Source: Hydrogenophaga sp.
GTDB taxonomy: Bacteria > Pseudomonadota > Gammaproteobacteria > Burkholderiales > Burkholderiaceae_C
Reading direction: 5' to 3'
Length of the DNA stretch: 64,000 bases
NCBI RefSeq assembly: GCF_035481345.1
Contig: NZ_DATIGV010000020.1
Location: forward strand, 2,727-66,726
In this document: piece after piece, positions 1 to 14,315 of the stretch
Layout of the letters: the number at the start of each line of letters is the position of its first letter
Position numbering within the stretch: position 1 is the first letter of the stretch
The notes under the pieces: generated by a model
Databases searched by the model: none
What the model saw: the letters and a program-made list of their open reading frames with translations, nothing else
Told to the model about the DNA's origin: nothing
Translations under genes and position numbers: made by a program

Positions 1-534
1 GGCCGGCTGCACGCAGCCCGCGAGCAGGAGCACCTGGCGCGAATGCGAACGCTTGGGCCAAACGCCCGCCGCTTGCGGTGCGGGCACCTTGGCCTTGAGG
101 GCCGCCGGCAACAGGCCGCGCACCGCCTGGCCCAGCTTCATCGCGGGAGCGAACAGTGGCGAGGTCAGGCCTTCCTTGAGCAGCCAGCGCACGGCACGCT
201 CGCCCGTGGGGCGCGGCACCTTCTGCTCGACGACGGCGCGCCCGATGTCCACCAGGTGCCCGTACTGCACGCCGCTGGGGCAGGTGCTTTCGCAGTTGCG
301 GCAGGTGAGGCAGCGGTCCAGGTGCACCTGCGTCTTGCGCGTGGGCGTGGCGCCTTCCAGCACCTGCTTGATGAGGTAGATGCGCCCGCGCGGGCCGTCG
401 AGTTCGTCGCCCAGCAACTGGTAGGTGGGGCAGGTGGCGGTGCAGAAGCCGCAGTGCACGCACTTGCGCAGGATGGCCTCGGCCTCGCGGCCGTGCGCGG
501 TGCCCTGGAACTCGGGGGCGAGCTGGGTCTGCAT
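1..534 (-). CDS. glcF: Glycolate oxidase iron-sulfur subunit GlcF, N-terminal part (gene continues past the left edge)
   Basis: Minus-strand translation from the ATG at 534 (absent from the ORF track because there is no stop in the window): MQTQLAPEFQGTAHGREAEAILRKCVHCGFCTATCPTYQLLGDELDGPRGRIYLIKQVLEG...LDRCLTCRNCESTCPSGVQYG. Two CxxCxxCxxxCP cluster motifs are arranged as in GlcF. It lies directly downstream of glcE. Confidence 0.85.
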   Translation of the reverse strand, partial: MQTQLAPEFQGTAHGREAEAILRKCVHCGFCTATCPTYQLLGDELDGPRGRIYLIKQVLEGATPTRKTQVHLDRCLTCRNCESTCPSGVQYGHLVDIGRAVVEQKVPRPTGERAVRWLLKEGLTSPLFAPAMKLGQAVRGLLPAALKAKVPAPQAAGVWPKRSHSRQVLLLAGCVQPA

Positions 535-624
535 CAGACCGCCCGCCGGGCCGCCCCAAGGGCGGTCTGCGCCCCCTTGGAGGGCAGCAAATACATGAAG
601 TGATGCGCGTGGGGGTCCATGGGG

Positions 625-1779
625 TCAGAAGAGAGCGGGCGCCTGGAAGATGCCGTGCGGGTCGAAGGCCTCGCGCAGGCGCTGCATGACGGCGCCCAAC
701 GCGGGGCTGGGCGCGTCCGCGCGCGGCACGCCGCCGTCGCCCACGGCCGGGGCGCGGAACAGGTGCGCGTGGCCACCGGCCGCGCGCGCCGCGGTGCGGA
801 TGGCATCGGCCGCGTCCGCGGGCGCCCAGAGCCAGCGCTGCGCGCCCTGCCATTCGATGAGCTGCGGCCAGGCCGCGAGCAGCGGCTCGGCGGTCTGAGG
901 AACGGAGACGCGCCACAGGCCGTGCGCGGGCGATGGCGGCGCGGTGAAGAACGGCAGTTGCTGGTCGCGGCCGGCGGTCCAGCCGGCGGCGGCTTCAAGC
1001 GGGTCGAGGCGCACGCCCGGCGCTTCGCCCAGCAGGCGCACGCACGCGGCCTCGACGGCGGCGACAGCACCGCGCAGCCGCAGGTGCAGCCGCCCCGGGC
1101 CCGCGGCCTCGCCCAGCCAGCGGCTGGCGTTGATGGGCAGCGGCTGCCCGCCCCAGCGGTGCAGGCGTTCCAGCGCGTTGAACTGATCGACCTCGAACAC
1201 CAGCGTGGCCTCGGCCGGCGCCACGGGCAGCACCTTGAGGCTGAGCTCGGTGACGACGCCCAGGGCGCCCCAACTGCCCGCGAGCGCGCGGCTCACGTCG
1301 TACCCGGCCACGTTCTTCATGACCTGGCCACCGAAGGTGAGCAGTTCGCCCCGGCCGTTGATGAGGCGCGCGCCGAGCACGTAGTCGCGCGCGCCGCCCA
1401 CGCTGGCGCGCGCGGGCCCGGCCAGGCCCGAGGCCACGGCCCCGCCGACCGTGCCGCCCGCGCCGAAGCGCGGCGGCTCGAAGGGCAGGCACTGGCCGTG
1501 TTCGGCCAAGGCGGCTTCGACGTCCGCCAGCGGCGTGCCCGCGCGCACGGTGACCACGAGCTCGCTGGGTTCGTGGCTCAGGATGCCGCTGTGGGCGCGC
1601 AGATCGAGCGGATCCCCCGCCACGGGCGCGTGCACGAAGGCCTTGGTGCCGCCGCCCACCAGGCGCAGCGGCGTGCGCGCAGCCACGGCGCTGCGCACCC
1701 GGTCGATGAGTGCCTGGGGGTGGTCGCTGGCGGGAACGAAGGCCGGCTCTGCGGACGGCGCGGCGTGGGGCGCGGACAT
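625..1779 (-). CDS. glcE: Glycolate oxidase FAD-binding subunit GlcE
   Basis: ORF 625..1779 (384 aa). Collinear by eye with E. coli GlcE: RLVGGGTKAF, GGQVMKNVAGYDVSR, LWRVSVP, IEWQGAQRWL, GGHAHLFRA, DPHGIF. Confidence 0.9.
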   Translation of the reverse strand: MSAPHAAPSAEPAFVPASDHPQALIDRVRSAVAARTPLRLVGGGTKAFVHAPVAGDPLDLRAHSGILSHEPSELVVTVRAGTPLADVEAALAEHGQCLPFEPPRFGAGGTVGGAVASGLAGPARASVGGARDYVLGARLINGRGELLTFGGQVMKNVAGYDVSRALAGSWGALGVVTELSLKVLPVAPAEATLVFEVDQFNALERLHRWGGQPLPINASRWLGEAAGPGRLHLRLRGAVAAVEAACVRLLGEAPGVRLDPLEAAAGWTAGRDQQLPFFTAPPSPAHGLWRVSVPQTAEPLLAAWPQLIEWQGAQRWLWAPADAADAIRTAARAAGGHAHLFRAPAVGDGGVPRADAPSPALGAVMQRLREAFDPHGIFQAPALF

Positions 1780-1859
1780 GGCGGCGATGGTAGCGGCCGC
1801 TCACCGCGCAGGCCTTGAATTTTTTGCACGCCCGGCTGCAATGCCGCCAGCGACCCGGC

Positions 1860-2102
1860 TCAGCGCGAGGCGTACCCGAGGCAGGCCCCCGCATCGGGCC
1901 GGCCCTTGCACTCGCGTTTGAGCCGCTGGGCGCGTTCGGCCCGGCTTTCTTCCGACGGCGCCTTGTGGAAGCTCACCTTGCCGGGCAGGCGCCGCTCCGA
2001 TGGTGCAGGGGCTTCGGCCTTGGCGGCCTTGGCCGCAAAGGCATGGCCTGCGCCCAGCAAGACCACCGCCAATGCCACGCCGCGAACGATCTTCAAACCC
2101 AT
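1860..2102 (-). CDS. Small secreted protein (80 aa), unknown function
   Basis: Inner ATG of ORF 1860..2597: MGLKIVRGVALAVVLLGAGHAFAAKA... A signal-peptide-like N-terminus is followed by a charged tail with two Cys (ECKGRPDAGAC). No family recognised. Confidence 0.5.
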   Translation of the reverse strand: MGLKIVRGVALAVVLLGAGHAFAAKAAKAEAPAPSERRLPGKVSFHKAPSEESRAERAQRLKRECKGRPDAGACLGYASR

Positions 2103-2176
2103 GCGCCCTCTCCGGTTGCTGATGCGGGCGGCGATGCTAGGGCCTGGGCGCAGCCCCTGCCCCCCGGGGTACGGAC

Positions 2177-2210
2177 AAAAAAAAGCCCGAGGACCTGTCG
2201 GGCCTCGGGC
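2177..2210 (-). terminator. Rho-independent terminator downstream of amtB
   Basis: Stem GCCCGAGG (2185-2192) / CCTCGGGC (2203-2210). On the minus strand the hairpin is followed by eight T (2177-2184). It lies about 50 nt after the amtB stop. Confidence 0.7.
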
Positions 2211-2260
2211 CGGAGTCGGGAAGCACCCCGTTCGCGAACGGGATGTCCCCCTGGAGTCAA

Positions 2261-3658
2261 TCAGCGGTGGTAGGCCGTCTCGCCGTGCGAGGTGATGTCC
2301 AGGCCTTCGCGCTCGGCTTCTTCGCTCACGCGCAGACCCATCACCATGTCCACGATCTTGTAGCAGATGAAGGCCACGACAGCGGACCAGACGATCGTGA
2401 TGATCACGCCTTCGGCCTGGATGAGCAGCTGGCTGCCGATGGAGAAGTCGTCGCCCTTGACGCCGCCGAGCGTACCGGCCGAGAACACGCCGGTCAGCAA
2501 GGCGCCGACGATGCCGCCCACGCCGTGCACGCCGAACACGTCCAGCGAGTCGTCCGCGCCGAGCATCTTCTTGAGGCCGTTGACGCCCCACAGGCACAGG
2601 AAACCGGCCACCAGACCGATGACGATGGCGCCCATGGGACCCACCGTGCCGCAGGCCGGGGTGATGGCCACGAGGCCGGCGACGGCGCCCGAGGCGGCGC
2701 CCAGCATGGAGGCCTTGCCCTTGCTCAGCGCTTCACCGATGCACCAGGCCAGCACCGCGGCGGCGGTGGCGAACAGGGTGTTGATGAAGGCCAGGCCCGC
2801 ACCGCCCGTGGCTTCCAGGTTGGAGCCGGCGTTGAAGCCGAACCAGCCCACCCACAGCAGCGAGGCGCCCACCATGGTCAGCGTCAGGCTGTGCGGCGTC
2901 AGCGCTTCCTTGCCGTAGCCGATGCGCTTGCCCAGCACGTAGGCGCCGACCAGGCCGGCCACACCGGCGTTGATGTGCACCACGGTACCGCCGGCGAAGT
3001 CCAGCGCGCCCTTGTCGAACAGGTAACCGCCCGCGCCCCAGACCATGTGGGCGATCGGCAGGTAGCTGAAGGTGAACCACAGGGCCGAGAACAGCAACAC
3101 GGAACCGAACTTGATGCGTTCGGCGAAGGAGCCCACGATCAGCGCGCAGGTGATGCCCGCGAAGGTGCACTGGAAGGCGATGAAGATGTACTCGGGAATC
3201 ATCACCCCGGGGGTGAAGGTGGCGGCCAGCGAATCGGCGCTCACGCCCATCAGGAACAGCTTGTCGAGGCTGCCGATGATCAGGCCCTCGCCACCGAACG
3301 CCAGGCTGTAGCCGTAGACGGCCCACAGCACGGAGATGAGCGAGAACACCACCATCACCTGCATCAGCACGGACAGCATGTTCTTGCTGCGCACCAGGCC
3401 GCCGTAGAACAGCGCCAGGCCCGGCACGACCATCAGCAGCACCAGGATGGTGGACAGCATCATCCAGGCGACGTCGCCCTTGTCGACGGTCTCCTTCGGT
3501 GCCTCTTCGGCGGCGGCCGGCGCAGCGGCGGCGGCGGGTGCTTCAGCCGCGGGCGCGGCGGCGGCCGGGGGGGCCTCGGTGGTCGTCTGTGCGATGGCTG
3601 CGCCACCGCCGATCGCCAGGCCGAGGCCCAGCAACAGGGAAGCCAGGAATTTCTTCAT
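2261..3658 (-). CDS. amtB: Ammonium transporter AmtB (with signal peptide)
   Basis: ORF 2261..3658 (465 aa). Amt/MEP family blocks are recognisable (FAGGTVVHINAGVAGLV, DDSLDVFGVHGVGGIVGALLTG). It lies immediately downstream of glnK. Confidence 0.95.
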   Translation of the reverse strand: MKKFLASLLLGLGLAIGGGAAIAQTTTEAPPAAAAPAAEAPAAAAAPAAAEEAPKETVDKGDVAWMMLSTILVLLMVVPGLALFYGGLVRSKNMLSVLMQVMVVFSLISVLWAVYGYSLAFGGEGLIIGSLDKLFLMGVSADSLAATFTPGVMIPEYIFIAFQCTFAGITCALIVGSFAERIKFGSVLLFSALWFTFSYLPIAHMVWGAGGYLFDKGALDFAGGTVVHINAGVAGLVGAYVLGKRIGYGKEALTPHSLTLTMVGASLLWVGWFGFNAGSNLEATGGAGLAFINTLFATAAAVLAWCIGEALSKGKASMLGAASGAVAGLVAITPACGTVGPMGAIVIGLVAGFLCLWGVNGLKKMLGADDSLDVFGVHGVGGIVGALLTGVFSAGTLGGVKGDDFSIGSQLLIQAEGVIITIVWSAVVAFICYKIVDMVMGLRVSEEAEREGLDITSHGETAYHR

Positions 3659-3694
3659 TTGGATTGCTCGGTTGGGGTTCAGGGGATGGCCGGG

Positions 3695-5837
<2,143 letters not shown>

Positions 5838-5888
5838 GAATGCCGCTGAAGTCGCCCCCGACCCGAACACGACACGCAACGCCCATCG

Positions 5889-6410
5889 ATGACCTCTTCC
5901 AATCCCCTGCCCGATGGCCGCGCCGCCGACCTGGTGCGCTGGCTCGGCCTGCAAGCGCACCCCGAAGGCGGCTGGTACCGCGAGACGTTCCGCTCGCCGC
6001 ACCCGGTGCGGCCCGGCGATGGCCGCCCGCCGCGCAGCGCCTTGACGACGATCGACTTCCTGCTGGTGCGCGGCCAGTTCAGCGCCTGGCACCGCGTCGG
6101 CAGCGACGAGGTCTGGCACCTGGTGGAGGGCGGGCCGCTTCGCCTGTGGCTGATGCCGCCCTCGCTGGACGCCCTGCACGGGCTCACGCTGGGCACTGCC
6201 GCCGCGAACCAGGCGCCCCGCCACACCGTGCCGGCCGGCTGGTGGCAGGCGGCCGAACCCCTGGACGCGGACTTCGCCTTGTGCGGCGCGACGGTCGGCC
6301 CCGGCTTCGATTTCGCGGACTTCGGCTTCCTGCGCGACGAACCGCCTGCTTTGGCCGCGCTGCAGCGGTTGCGGCCCGATCTGAGGCGCCTGGTGTTTCC
6401 CCAGACCTGA
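5889..6410 (+). CDS. Cupin-fold protein, DUF985 family
   Basis: ORF 5889..6410 (173 aa). LQAHPEGGWYRETFRS plus WH.V.SDEVWH motifs are typical of DUF985 cupins. Confidence 0.75.
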   Translation: MTSSNPLPDGRAADLVRWLGLQAHPEGGWYRETFRSPHPVRPGDGRPPRSALTTIDFLLVRGQFSAWHRVGSDEVWHLVEGGPLRLWLMPPSLDALHGLTLGTAAANQAPRHTVPAGWWQAAEPLDADFALCGATVGPGFDFADFGFLRDEPPALAALQRLRPDLRRLVFPQT

Positions 6411-6516
6411 ACCCGAACCGCTGGGCGGCCCGTGAGGCCAGCTTGATTTCCGAGGCATTGACGCGGCGAGGCCGCCCGTTTTCATTAATGCCTTTCGGTT
6501 AATTCAAGACACCTCC

Positions 6517-8109
6517 ATGCCCTTGTTTCGTTCATGCCTCCTGATGACCCTGATGGCCGCCACCCCGCTGCTGGGAGGCTGCGGTGGCGGCCAGGCGAAC
6601 GCGCCGTCGGCACCGGCCGTCACGTCCCCGGTGGTTACGGCCCCGACGCCCGCGTCAACCACGTACTCGCTGGAACCGGCCGACCGGGCGGAGCTGCCCG
6701 CTGGCACGCCCATCGTGGCGCGGTTCAGCACCGCGATGGACCCGGGCAGCCTCGCGCTGGACAGCGACTTCGCCCGCCAGGCCACGGCGTCCTGGTCCTC
6801 GTCGGCGCAGGCCAACGACACGCTCACCCTGAGCCCGCCGCCGAGCGGCTGGCTGGGACAAGGCCCGCTGCGGTTCAGCGCGAACGACACGAACGGGCAG
6901 GCGCTCACCGCCGAGGCCTCCTACGAGGTGACCCTGCCCTTGCTGTCCTTCCAGGCCGCCAGCGCCGTGATCGGGCAGCCTGATTTTTCAAGCGATGACG
7001 ACAATGCCGGGGGATCCCCCAGCGCGCAAACGCTGAACGACCCTTCCGGCAGGGTCGCCGTCGGCCCGAATGGCGAGTTCTTCGTGGCCGACATGAAGAA
7101 CAACCGGGTGCTGCGCCACACCCCGCCACTGCCCACCGCCAACGCGGCGGCCGATCTGGTGCTGGGCCAGGTCGACTTCGCCCAGAACGTGGCGCAGACC
7201 ACCCGCTCAGGCATGGACAACCCGTCCAATGTGGCGACCCTGGGCACGCGGCTGGCGGTGGCCGAGCGCATCAACCACCGCGTGCTGCTGTGGAACACCC
7301 TGCCGACGGCCTCCGGCGCGCCCGCCGACGTGGTGATCGGCCAGGCCGACTTCACCATGCGCGCGGCCAGTTGCGATGCGCGCACGCTCGCCTCCGGCGT
7401 CCACGTGGCGTTCTCGCCCGATGGCAAGCTGCTGGTCGCCGACGAGAGCCACCACCGCGTGCTGATCTGGAACCAGGTGCCCACGGCCAATGGCACCCCG
7501 GCCGACCTGGTGATCGGGCAATCCACGTTCGAGCGCTGCGCCGACAACGACGACGACCAGGACGGCTTCTCCAACACCCAGGCCTCGGCACGCACGCTGC
7601 GCGAACCCAGCGACGTCTGGACCGATGGCCAGCGCCTGGTGATCAGCGACGGGGGCAACAGCCGGGTGCTGATCTGGAACCGCTTTCCCACCAGCCACTT
7701 CCAGCCGGCCGACGTGGTGCTGGGGCAGTCCGACTTCGTTCACAACCAGGAAAACGACGACGACCAGGACGGGACGCGCGACGACACACCCTCGGCCCGC
7801 ACCTTCAACACGCCCTGGTCGGTGCACTCGAACGGCGTGCAGCTCGTGGTGGCCGACTACGACAACAACCGCGTGCTGATCTGGGACCGCTTTCCCACCG
7901 CCAGCTTCCAGCCAGCCGACAAGGTGCTGGGGCAAAGCAACTTCAGCCTCGACGCCTACAACGACAGCGACCAGGATGGCGTGGACGACCCCTTCCCCTC
8001 GGCGCGCACCGCCTCAGGCCCTGTCGGCGTGCTGCTGCACGGCAAGTACCTCGTGGTCACCCTGGACGGGCATGGCGGCAACCGGGTGCTGGTGTTCGAC
8101 GCGCCCTGA
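6517..8109 (+). CDS. Lipoprotein with an Ig-like N-domain and a six-bladed NHL-type beta-propeller
   Basis: ORF 6517..8109 (530 aa). Lipobox LLGGC (Cys22). There are six repeats of [VL][IL]GQxxF ... N[NHS]RVL[IL]W. Acidic DDDQDG-type inserts sit in the last three blades. Confidence 0.8.
   Translation: MPLFRSCLLMTLMAATPLLGGCGGGQANAPSAPAVTSPVVTAPTPASTTYSLEPADRAELPAGTPIVARFSTAMDPGSLALDSDFARQATASWSSSAQANDTLTLSPPPSGWLGQGPLRFSANDTNGQALTAEASYEVTLPLLSFQAASAVIGQPDFSSDDDNAGGSPSAQTLNDPSGRVAVGPNGEFFVADMKNNRVLRHTPPLPTANAAADLVLGQVDFAQNVAQTTRSGMDNPSNVATLGTRLAVAERINHRVLLWNTLPTASGAPADVVIGQADFTMRAASCDARTLASGVHVAFSPDGKLLVADESHHRVLIWNQVPTANGTPADLVIGQSTFERCADNDDDQDGFSNTQASARTLREPSDVWTDGQRLVISDGGNSRVLIWNRFPTSHFQPADVVLGQSDFVHNQENDDDQDGTRDDTPSARTFNTPWSVHSNGVQLVVADYDNNRVLIWDRFPTASFQPADKVLGQSNFSLDAYNDSDQDGVDDPFPSARTASGPVGVLLHGKYLVVTLDGHGGNRVLVFDAP
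6964..8106 (+). repeat. Intragenic tandem repeats (six NHL-like blades) inside the lipoprotein gene
   Basis: Units of about 58-69 aa start at residues 151, 215, 273, 332, 401 and 470. The last three are also similar at the DNA level (cgcgtgctgatctgg[ag]accgctttcccacc...ccagcc[ag]gccgac). Confidence 0.7.
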
Positions 8110-8119
8110 GCGCCCTGAT

Positions 8120-10858
<2,739 letters not shown>

Positions 10859-11022
10859 GCGGCTCACCAGGGTTGTTTGCGAAGACACCGGGCTGGTGAG
10901 CGTCGTTGGGGCCGGTTGAGCCCACTCAAGCCTGACGACCCGGGTCCCGTGGGGACTGGCCGCTGCAACGCTCCTTGAGAGGCGGCGATTTTAACGGGCC
11001 ACCCGCGCCGGCCACTGGTGCG

Positions 11023-12633
11023 ATGCTTGCTTTCCCCCACGCCATGCCCGCCGACGCGAACAAGCGCACACAAGAGACCCCCACCGACTGGCGCGCCCAG
11101 GAACTGCTGCTGATGCGCCAGGTGATGGCCCTGGTCGGCCGCAGCCTGGCGCCGGCCGAGGTGTTCCGCGAGATGCTGCACCTGATGAGCGAGCTGCTGG
11201 GCCTCAACCGTGGCCGCCTGGTGCTGGTGGACGATGAACCCGCGCCCGGCGGCCAGCGCCAGGCCTCGATCCGCCACGCCTACGGCCTGACCAAGGCCGA
11301 GACCGCGCGCGGCACCTACCGCTGGGGCGAAGGCATCACCGGCCGCGTGCTGGCCAGCGGCCTGCCCGCCATCGTGCAGGACGTGGACGCCGAGCCCCTG
11401 TTCCTGTTCCGCGCCGTGCGGCGCGCGCAACTGCCGCCGCAGACCGTGGCCTTCATCGCCCTGCCCGTGGCGGTGCGCGGCGCCACCGTGGGCGTGCTGG
11501 CCTGCCACCGCATCCGCAGCCGCCAGCGCCACCTCAACGACGACCTCGCGCTGCTGCGCATCCTGGCCACGCTGACCGGCCAGTTGCTGGAGCTGGAACA
11601 GCTCGTGGCCGAGCAGACGCGCCAGCTGCAGGCGCGCAACGCGGCCCTGGAGCGCGCACTGGACAGCGCCAGCGCGCGCTACGGGCTTATCGGTCGTTCG
11701 AACGCGCTGCTGCAGGCCCTGGCCGAGCTGGAGCGGGTCTCGCAATCGCAGGCCACGGTGCTGCTGCTGGGCGAATCGGGCTCGGGCAAGGAGCTGTTCG
11801 CGCGCGCCGTGCACCTGGCCAGCCCGCGCCACGACCAGCCCTTCATCAAGGTCAACTGCGCGGCCATCCCCGAGTCGCTGTTCGAGTCGGAGCTGTTCGG
11901 CCACGAGCGCGGCGCCTTCACCGGCGCGGCCGGCGCGCGCGCGGGCTGGTTCGAGCGGGCGCACGGCGGCACCCTCTTCCTCGACGAGATCGGCGAGCTG
12001 CCGATCTCGATGCAGAGCAAGCTGCTGCGCACCCTGCAGGAGGGCACCCTGGTGCGCCTGGGTGGCACGCGCGAGCAGCGCGTGGATGTGCGCCTGGTGG
12101 CGGCCACCCACCGCGACCTGGCGCGCGACGTGCAGGCCGGGCGCTTCCGCCAGGACCTGTACTACCGGCTCAACGTGGTGCCCATCCGCCTGCCCAGCCT
12201 GCGCGAGCGGCGCGAGGACGTGCGTGCCATCGCCCTGCACTTCCTCAGCCGTGCCAACCAGGCGCACCAGCGCAACGTGCACCTGGCGGCCGACGCCCTG
12301 GCCGCGCTGGAGGCACACGACTGGCCCGGCAACATCCGTGAGCTGGGCAACCTGATCGAGCGCGTGGTGCTGCTGGCCGAGGGCACGCTGGTGGACGCGG
12401 CCGCGCTGCGCCGCTTCATGCCGGAGCGCGAGCGCGCGGCCGTGGCACCGCCGTCGCCGATCGCCGAGGCCGCGCCACTGGTGCGCGAGTACCAGAGCGC
12501 GCAATCGCACAGCGCGCAGGCCCTGCGCGAGGCCCTGGAGCGCCACCAGGGCAACCAGACCCGCGCGGCACAGAGCCTGGGGCTCACGCTGCGCCAGTTC
12601 AGCTACCGGCTGCGCAAGGCGCAACTGCGCTGA
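11023..12633 (+). CDS. Sigma-54-dependent transcriptional activator with an N-terminal GAF-like domain
   Basis: ORF 10975..12633 (the track start is a TTG; the first ATG is at 11023). Walker [24 protein letters not shown] (GAFTGA loop), C-terminal Fis-type [26 protein letters not shown]. Confidence 0.85.
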   Translation: MLAFPHAMPADANKRTQETPTDWRAQELLLMRQVMALVGRSLAPAEVFREMLHLMSELLGLNRGRLVLVDDEPAPGGQRQASIRHAYGLTKAETARGTYRWGEGITGRVLASGLPAIVQDVDAEPLFLFRAVRRAQLPPQTVAFIALPVAVRGATVGVLACHRIRSRQRHLNDDLALLRILATLTGQLLELEQLVAEQTRQLQARNAALERALDSASARYGLIGRSNALLQALAELERVSQSQATVLLLGESGSGKELFARAVHLASPRHDQPFIKVNCAAIPESLFESELFGHERGAFTGAAGARAGWFERAHGGTLFLDEIGELPISMQSKLLRTLQEGTLVRLGGTREQRVDVRLVAATHRDLARDVQAGRFRQDLYYRLNVVPIRLPSLRERREDVRAIALHFLSRANQAHQRNVHLAADALAALEAHDWPGNIRELGNLIERVVLLAEGTLVDAAALRRFMPERERAAVAPPSPIAEAAPLVREYQSAQSHSAQALREALERHQGNQTRAAQSLGLTLRQFSYRLRKAQLR

Positions 12634-12642
12634 ACGGACTTG

Positions 12643-12671
12643 CACTGTGTCGACAAAGTGTCGACACAGTG
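12643..12671 (+). promoter_or_regulatory. Perfect 13-bp inverted repeat, candidate UAS for the sigma-54 activator
   Basis: CACTGTGTCGACA-aag-TGTCGACACAGTG. It starts 10 nt after the activator stop codon and is centred about 95 nt upstream of the -24/-12 element. No T-run follows, so it is not a typical terminator. Confidence 0.6.
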
Positions 12672-12752
12672 GCGGTGGCGGGCCTCGGCGTTCAGGCCCC
12701 CGTTGCACAGCAAGCCGTTGATTTGATTCGATATTCGTCTGCTTCAAGGCCC

Positions 12753-12767
12753 TGGCACGACCGTTGC
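12753..12767 (+). promoter_or_regulatory. Sigma-54 (-24/-12) promoter
   Basis: TGGCACgaccgTTGC is an exact match to TGGCAC-N5-TTGC. It lies about 50 nt upstream of the rhodanese ATG, which has a GAGG Shine-Dalgarno. Confidence 0.8.
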
Positions 12768-12818
12768 GAAAAGCAGGTCCGGTACATCCCGCCGGCCCTT
12801 CCACTTCGCGAGGTCTCC

Positions 12819-13706
12819 ATGAACATCGACGCCACCCTGATCGCCCCTGAGCAACTGCAAGCCCTGCAAGCCAGCGAACCCGTGGTCCTCATCGACACAC
12901 GGGACCCCGAGGCCTACGCGGCGGGCCACATCCCCGGCGCGGTGAACCTGCGCGAGGTGTTCACCTACCTGGCCACCTCCACCCCCGAAGGCCTGGAGGC
13001 GCTCAAGGACACCTTCGCCAGCGCGCTCGGCGCGGTCGGCCTCTCCGGCCGGGAAACCGCGGTGTTCTACGAAGACGCCATGAACAGCGGCTACGGCCAG
13101 TCCTGCCGCGGCTACTACCTGCTCACCTGGCTGGGCTACCCGAAGATCAAGGTGCTCAACGGCGGCTTCAGCGCCTGGAAGGCCGCCGGCCTGCCCATCT
13201 CCACCGAGGCCGCCACGCCCTCGCCCGCCACCTTCCCCGAACTGCCCATGGCCGACGTGATGCTCACGCAGGCCGACGTTGAAAAGGCCCTGGGCACCGA
13301 CACCGTGCTGCTGGACGTGCGCGACGTGGACGAGTGGATCGGCGAGAGCTCCAGCCCCTATGGCAAGGACTTCGCGCCGCGCAAGGGCCGCCTGCCCGGC
13401 GCGAAATGGGTGGAGTGGTACCGCTTCATGAAGCCCTCGCCCCAGGGCCCGGTGTTCAAGACGCCCGACGAGGTGAAGGCCGAACTGGCCACCGTGGGCG
13501 TGGGCACCGAGGACAGCATCTACCTCTACTGCTTCAAGGGCGCGCGCGCCTCCAACACCTTCCTCGCGCTCAAGCAGGCCGGCTTCGCCGACGTGCGCAT
13601 GTACTTCGGCTCCTGGAACGAATGGTCGCGCGACCCCGCGCTGCCCATCGAGACCGGCCTGCCGATCAAGGCCGCGACGACCGCGCCGCTGGCCCTGGCC
13701 GCCTGA
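12819..13706 (+). CDS. Two-domain rhodanese sulfurtransferase (thiosulfate/3-mercaptopyruvate type)
   Basis: Inner ATG of ORF 12669..13706: MNIDATLIAPEQLQAL...VLIDTRDPEAYAAGHIPGAVNL (domain 1). Domain 2 carries the active-site loop YCFKGARAS. Confidence 0.9.
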   Translation: MNIDATLIAPEQLQALQASEPVVLIDTRDPEAYAAGHIPGAVNLREVFTYLATSTPEGLEALKDTFASALGAVGLSGRETAVFYEDAMNSGYGQSCRGYYLLTWLGYPKIKVLNGGFSAWKAAGLPISTEAATPSPATFPELPMADVMLTQADVEKALGTDTVLLDVRDVDEWIGESSSPYGKDFAPRKGRLPGAKWVEWYRFMKPSPQGPVFKTPDEVKAELATVGVGTEDSIYLYCFKGARASNTFLALKQAGFADVRMYFGSWNEWSRDPALPIETGLPIKAATTAPLALAA

Positions 13707-13743
13707 GCCTTCCGATTGTTCAACCCTGTCCCCGGAGACATCC

Positions 13744-14301
13744 ATGTCCAGTACCGACACCGCCGAGCCCACCACCGTCAAGGCCTGGCTGCGCCCCATC
13801 GACGCCGCCGGCCTCGCCGCCTTTGCCGCCAAGGGCAAGGCCAATCCCGGCTCGCGCGGCACCAACAAGGTCCACACCGTGATGGAGGGCCAGTACCGCT
13901 CGCTGAGCACCGTAGGCCAGCACACGCCGGTGGTGGTCGACGAGCCGCTGCACCTGTTCGGGCAGGACACCGCGCCCGCGCCCGGCGAGATCGTGCTGTC
14001 GGGCCTGGGCGGCTGCATCGCCGTGGGCGTGACGGCCGTGGCCACCTGGAAAGGCGTGAAGCTCAGCAAGCTGGAGGTCTTCCTCGAAGGCGACATCGGC
14101 AACCCCGCGGCCTGGGGCGCGGGTGGCGCGCTGGAGAAGACGCCGCCCGAGATGGGCTTCCAGGCCATCCGCGTGAAGGTGCTGGTGGAAGGCGACGCGC
14201 CGCGCGAGGTGCTGGACGAGATCGTGCAGCACGCCAATTACTACTCGCCGGTGGCCAACAGCATGCGCAACCCGATCCCCTTCGAGATCTCGATGGCCTG
14301 A
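13744..14301 (+). CDS. OsmC/Ohr-family protein (single-Cys variant)
   Basis: ORF 13744..14301 (185 aa). GEIVLSGLGGCIAVGV (first family Cys) and a C-terminal HANYYSPVANS where the family usually has C-P-x. Confidence 0.85.
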   Translation: MSSTDTAEPTTVKAWLRPIDAAGLAAFAAKGKANPGSRGTNKVHTVMEGQYRSLSTVGQHTPVVVDEPLHLFGQDTAPAPGEIVLSGLGGCIAVGVTAVATWKGVKLSKLEVFLEGDIGNPAAWGAGGALEKTPPEMGFQAIRVKVLVEGDAPREVLDEIVQHANYYSPVANSMRNPIPFEISMA

Positions 14302-14315
14302 GGCCGGAGCCGCGC

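Noticed and set aside
6423-6482. GGGCGGCC ... GGCCGCCC followed by GTTTT after the cupin gene, as a terminator.
   Set aside because: The loop would be about 39 nt, too long for a confident intrinsic terminator. It is left unannotated.
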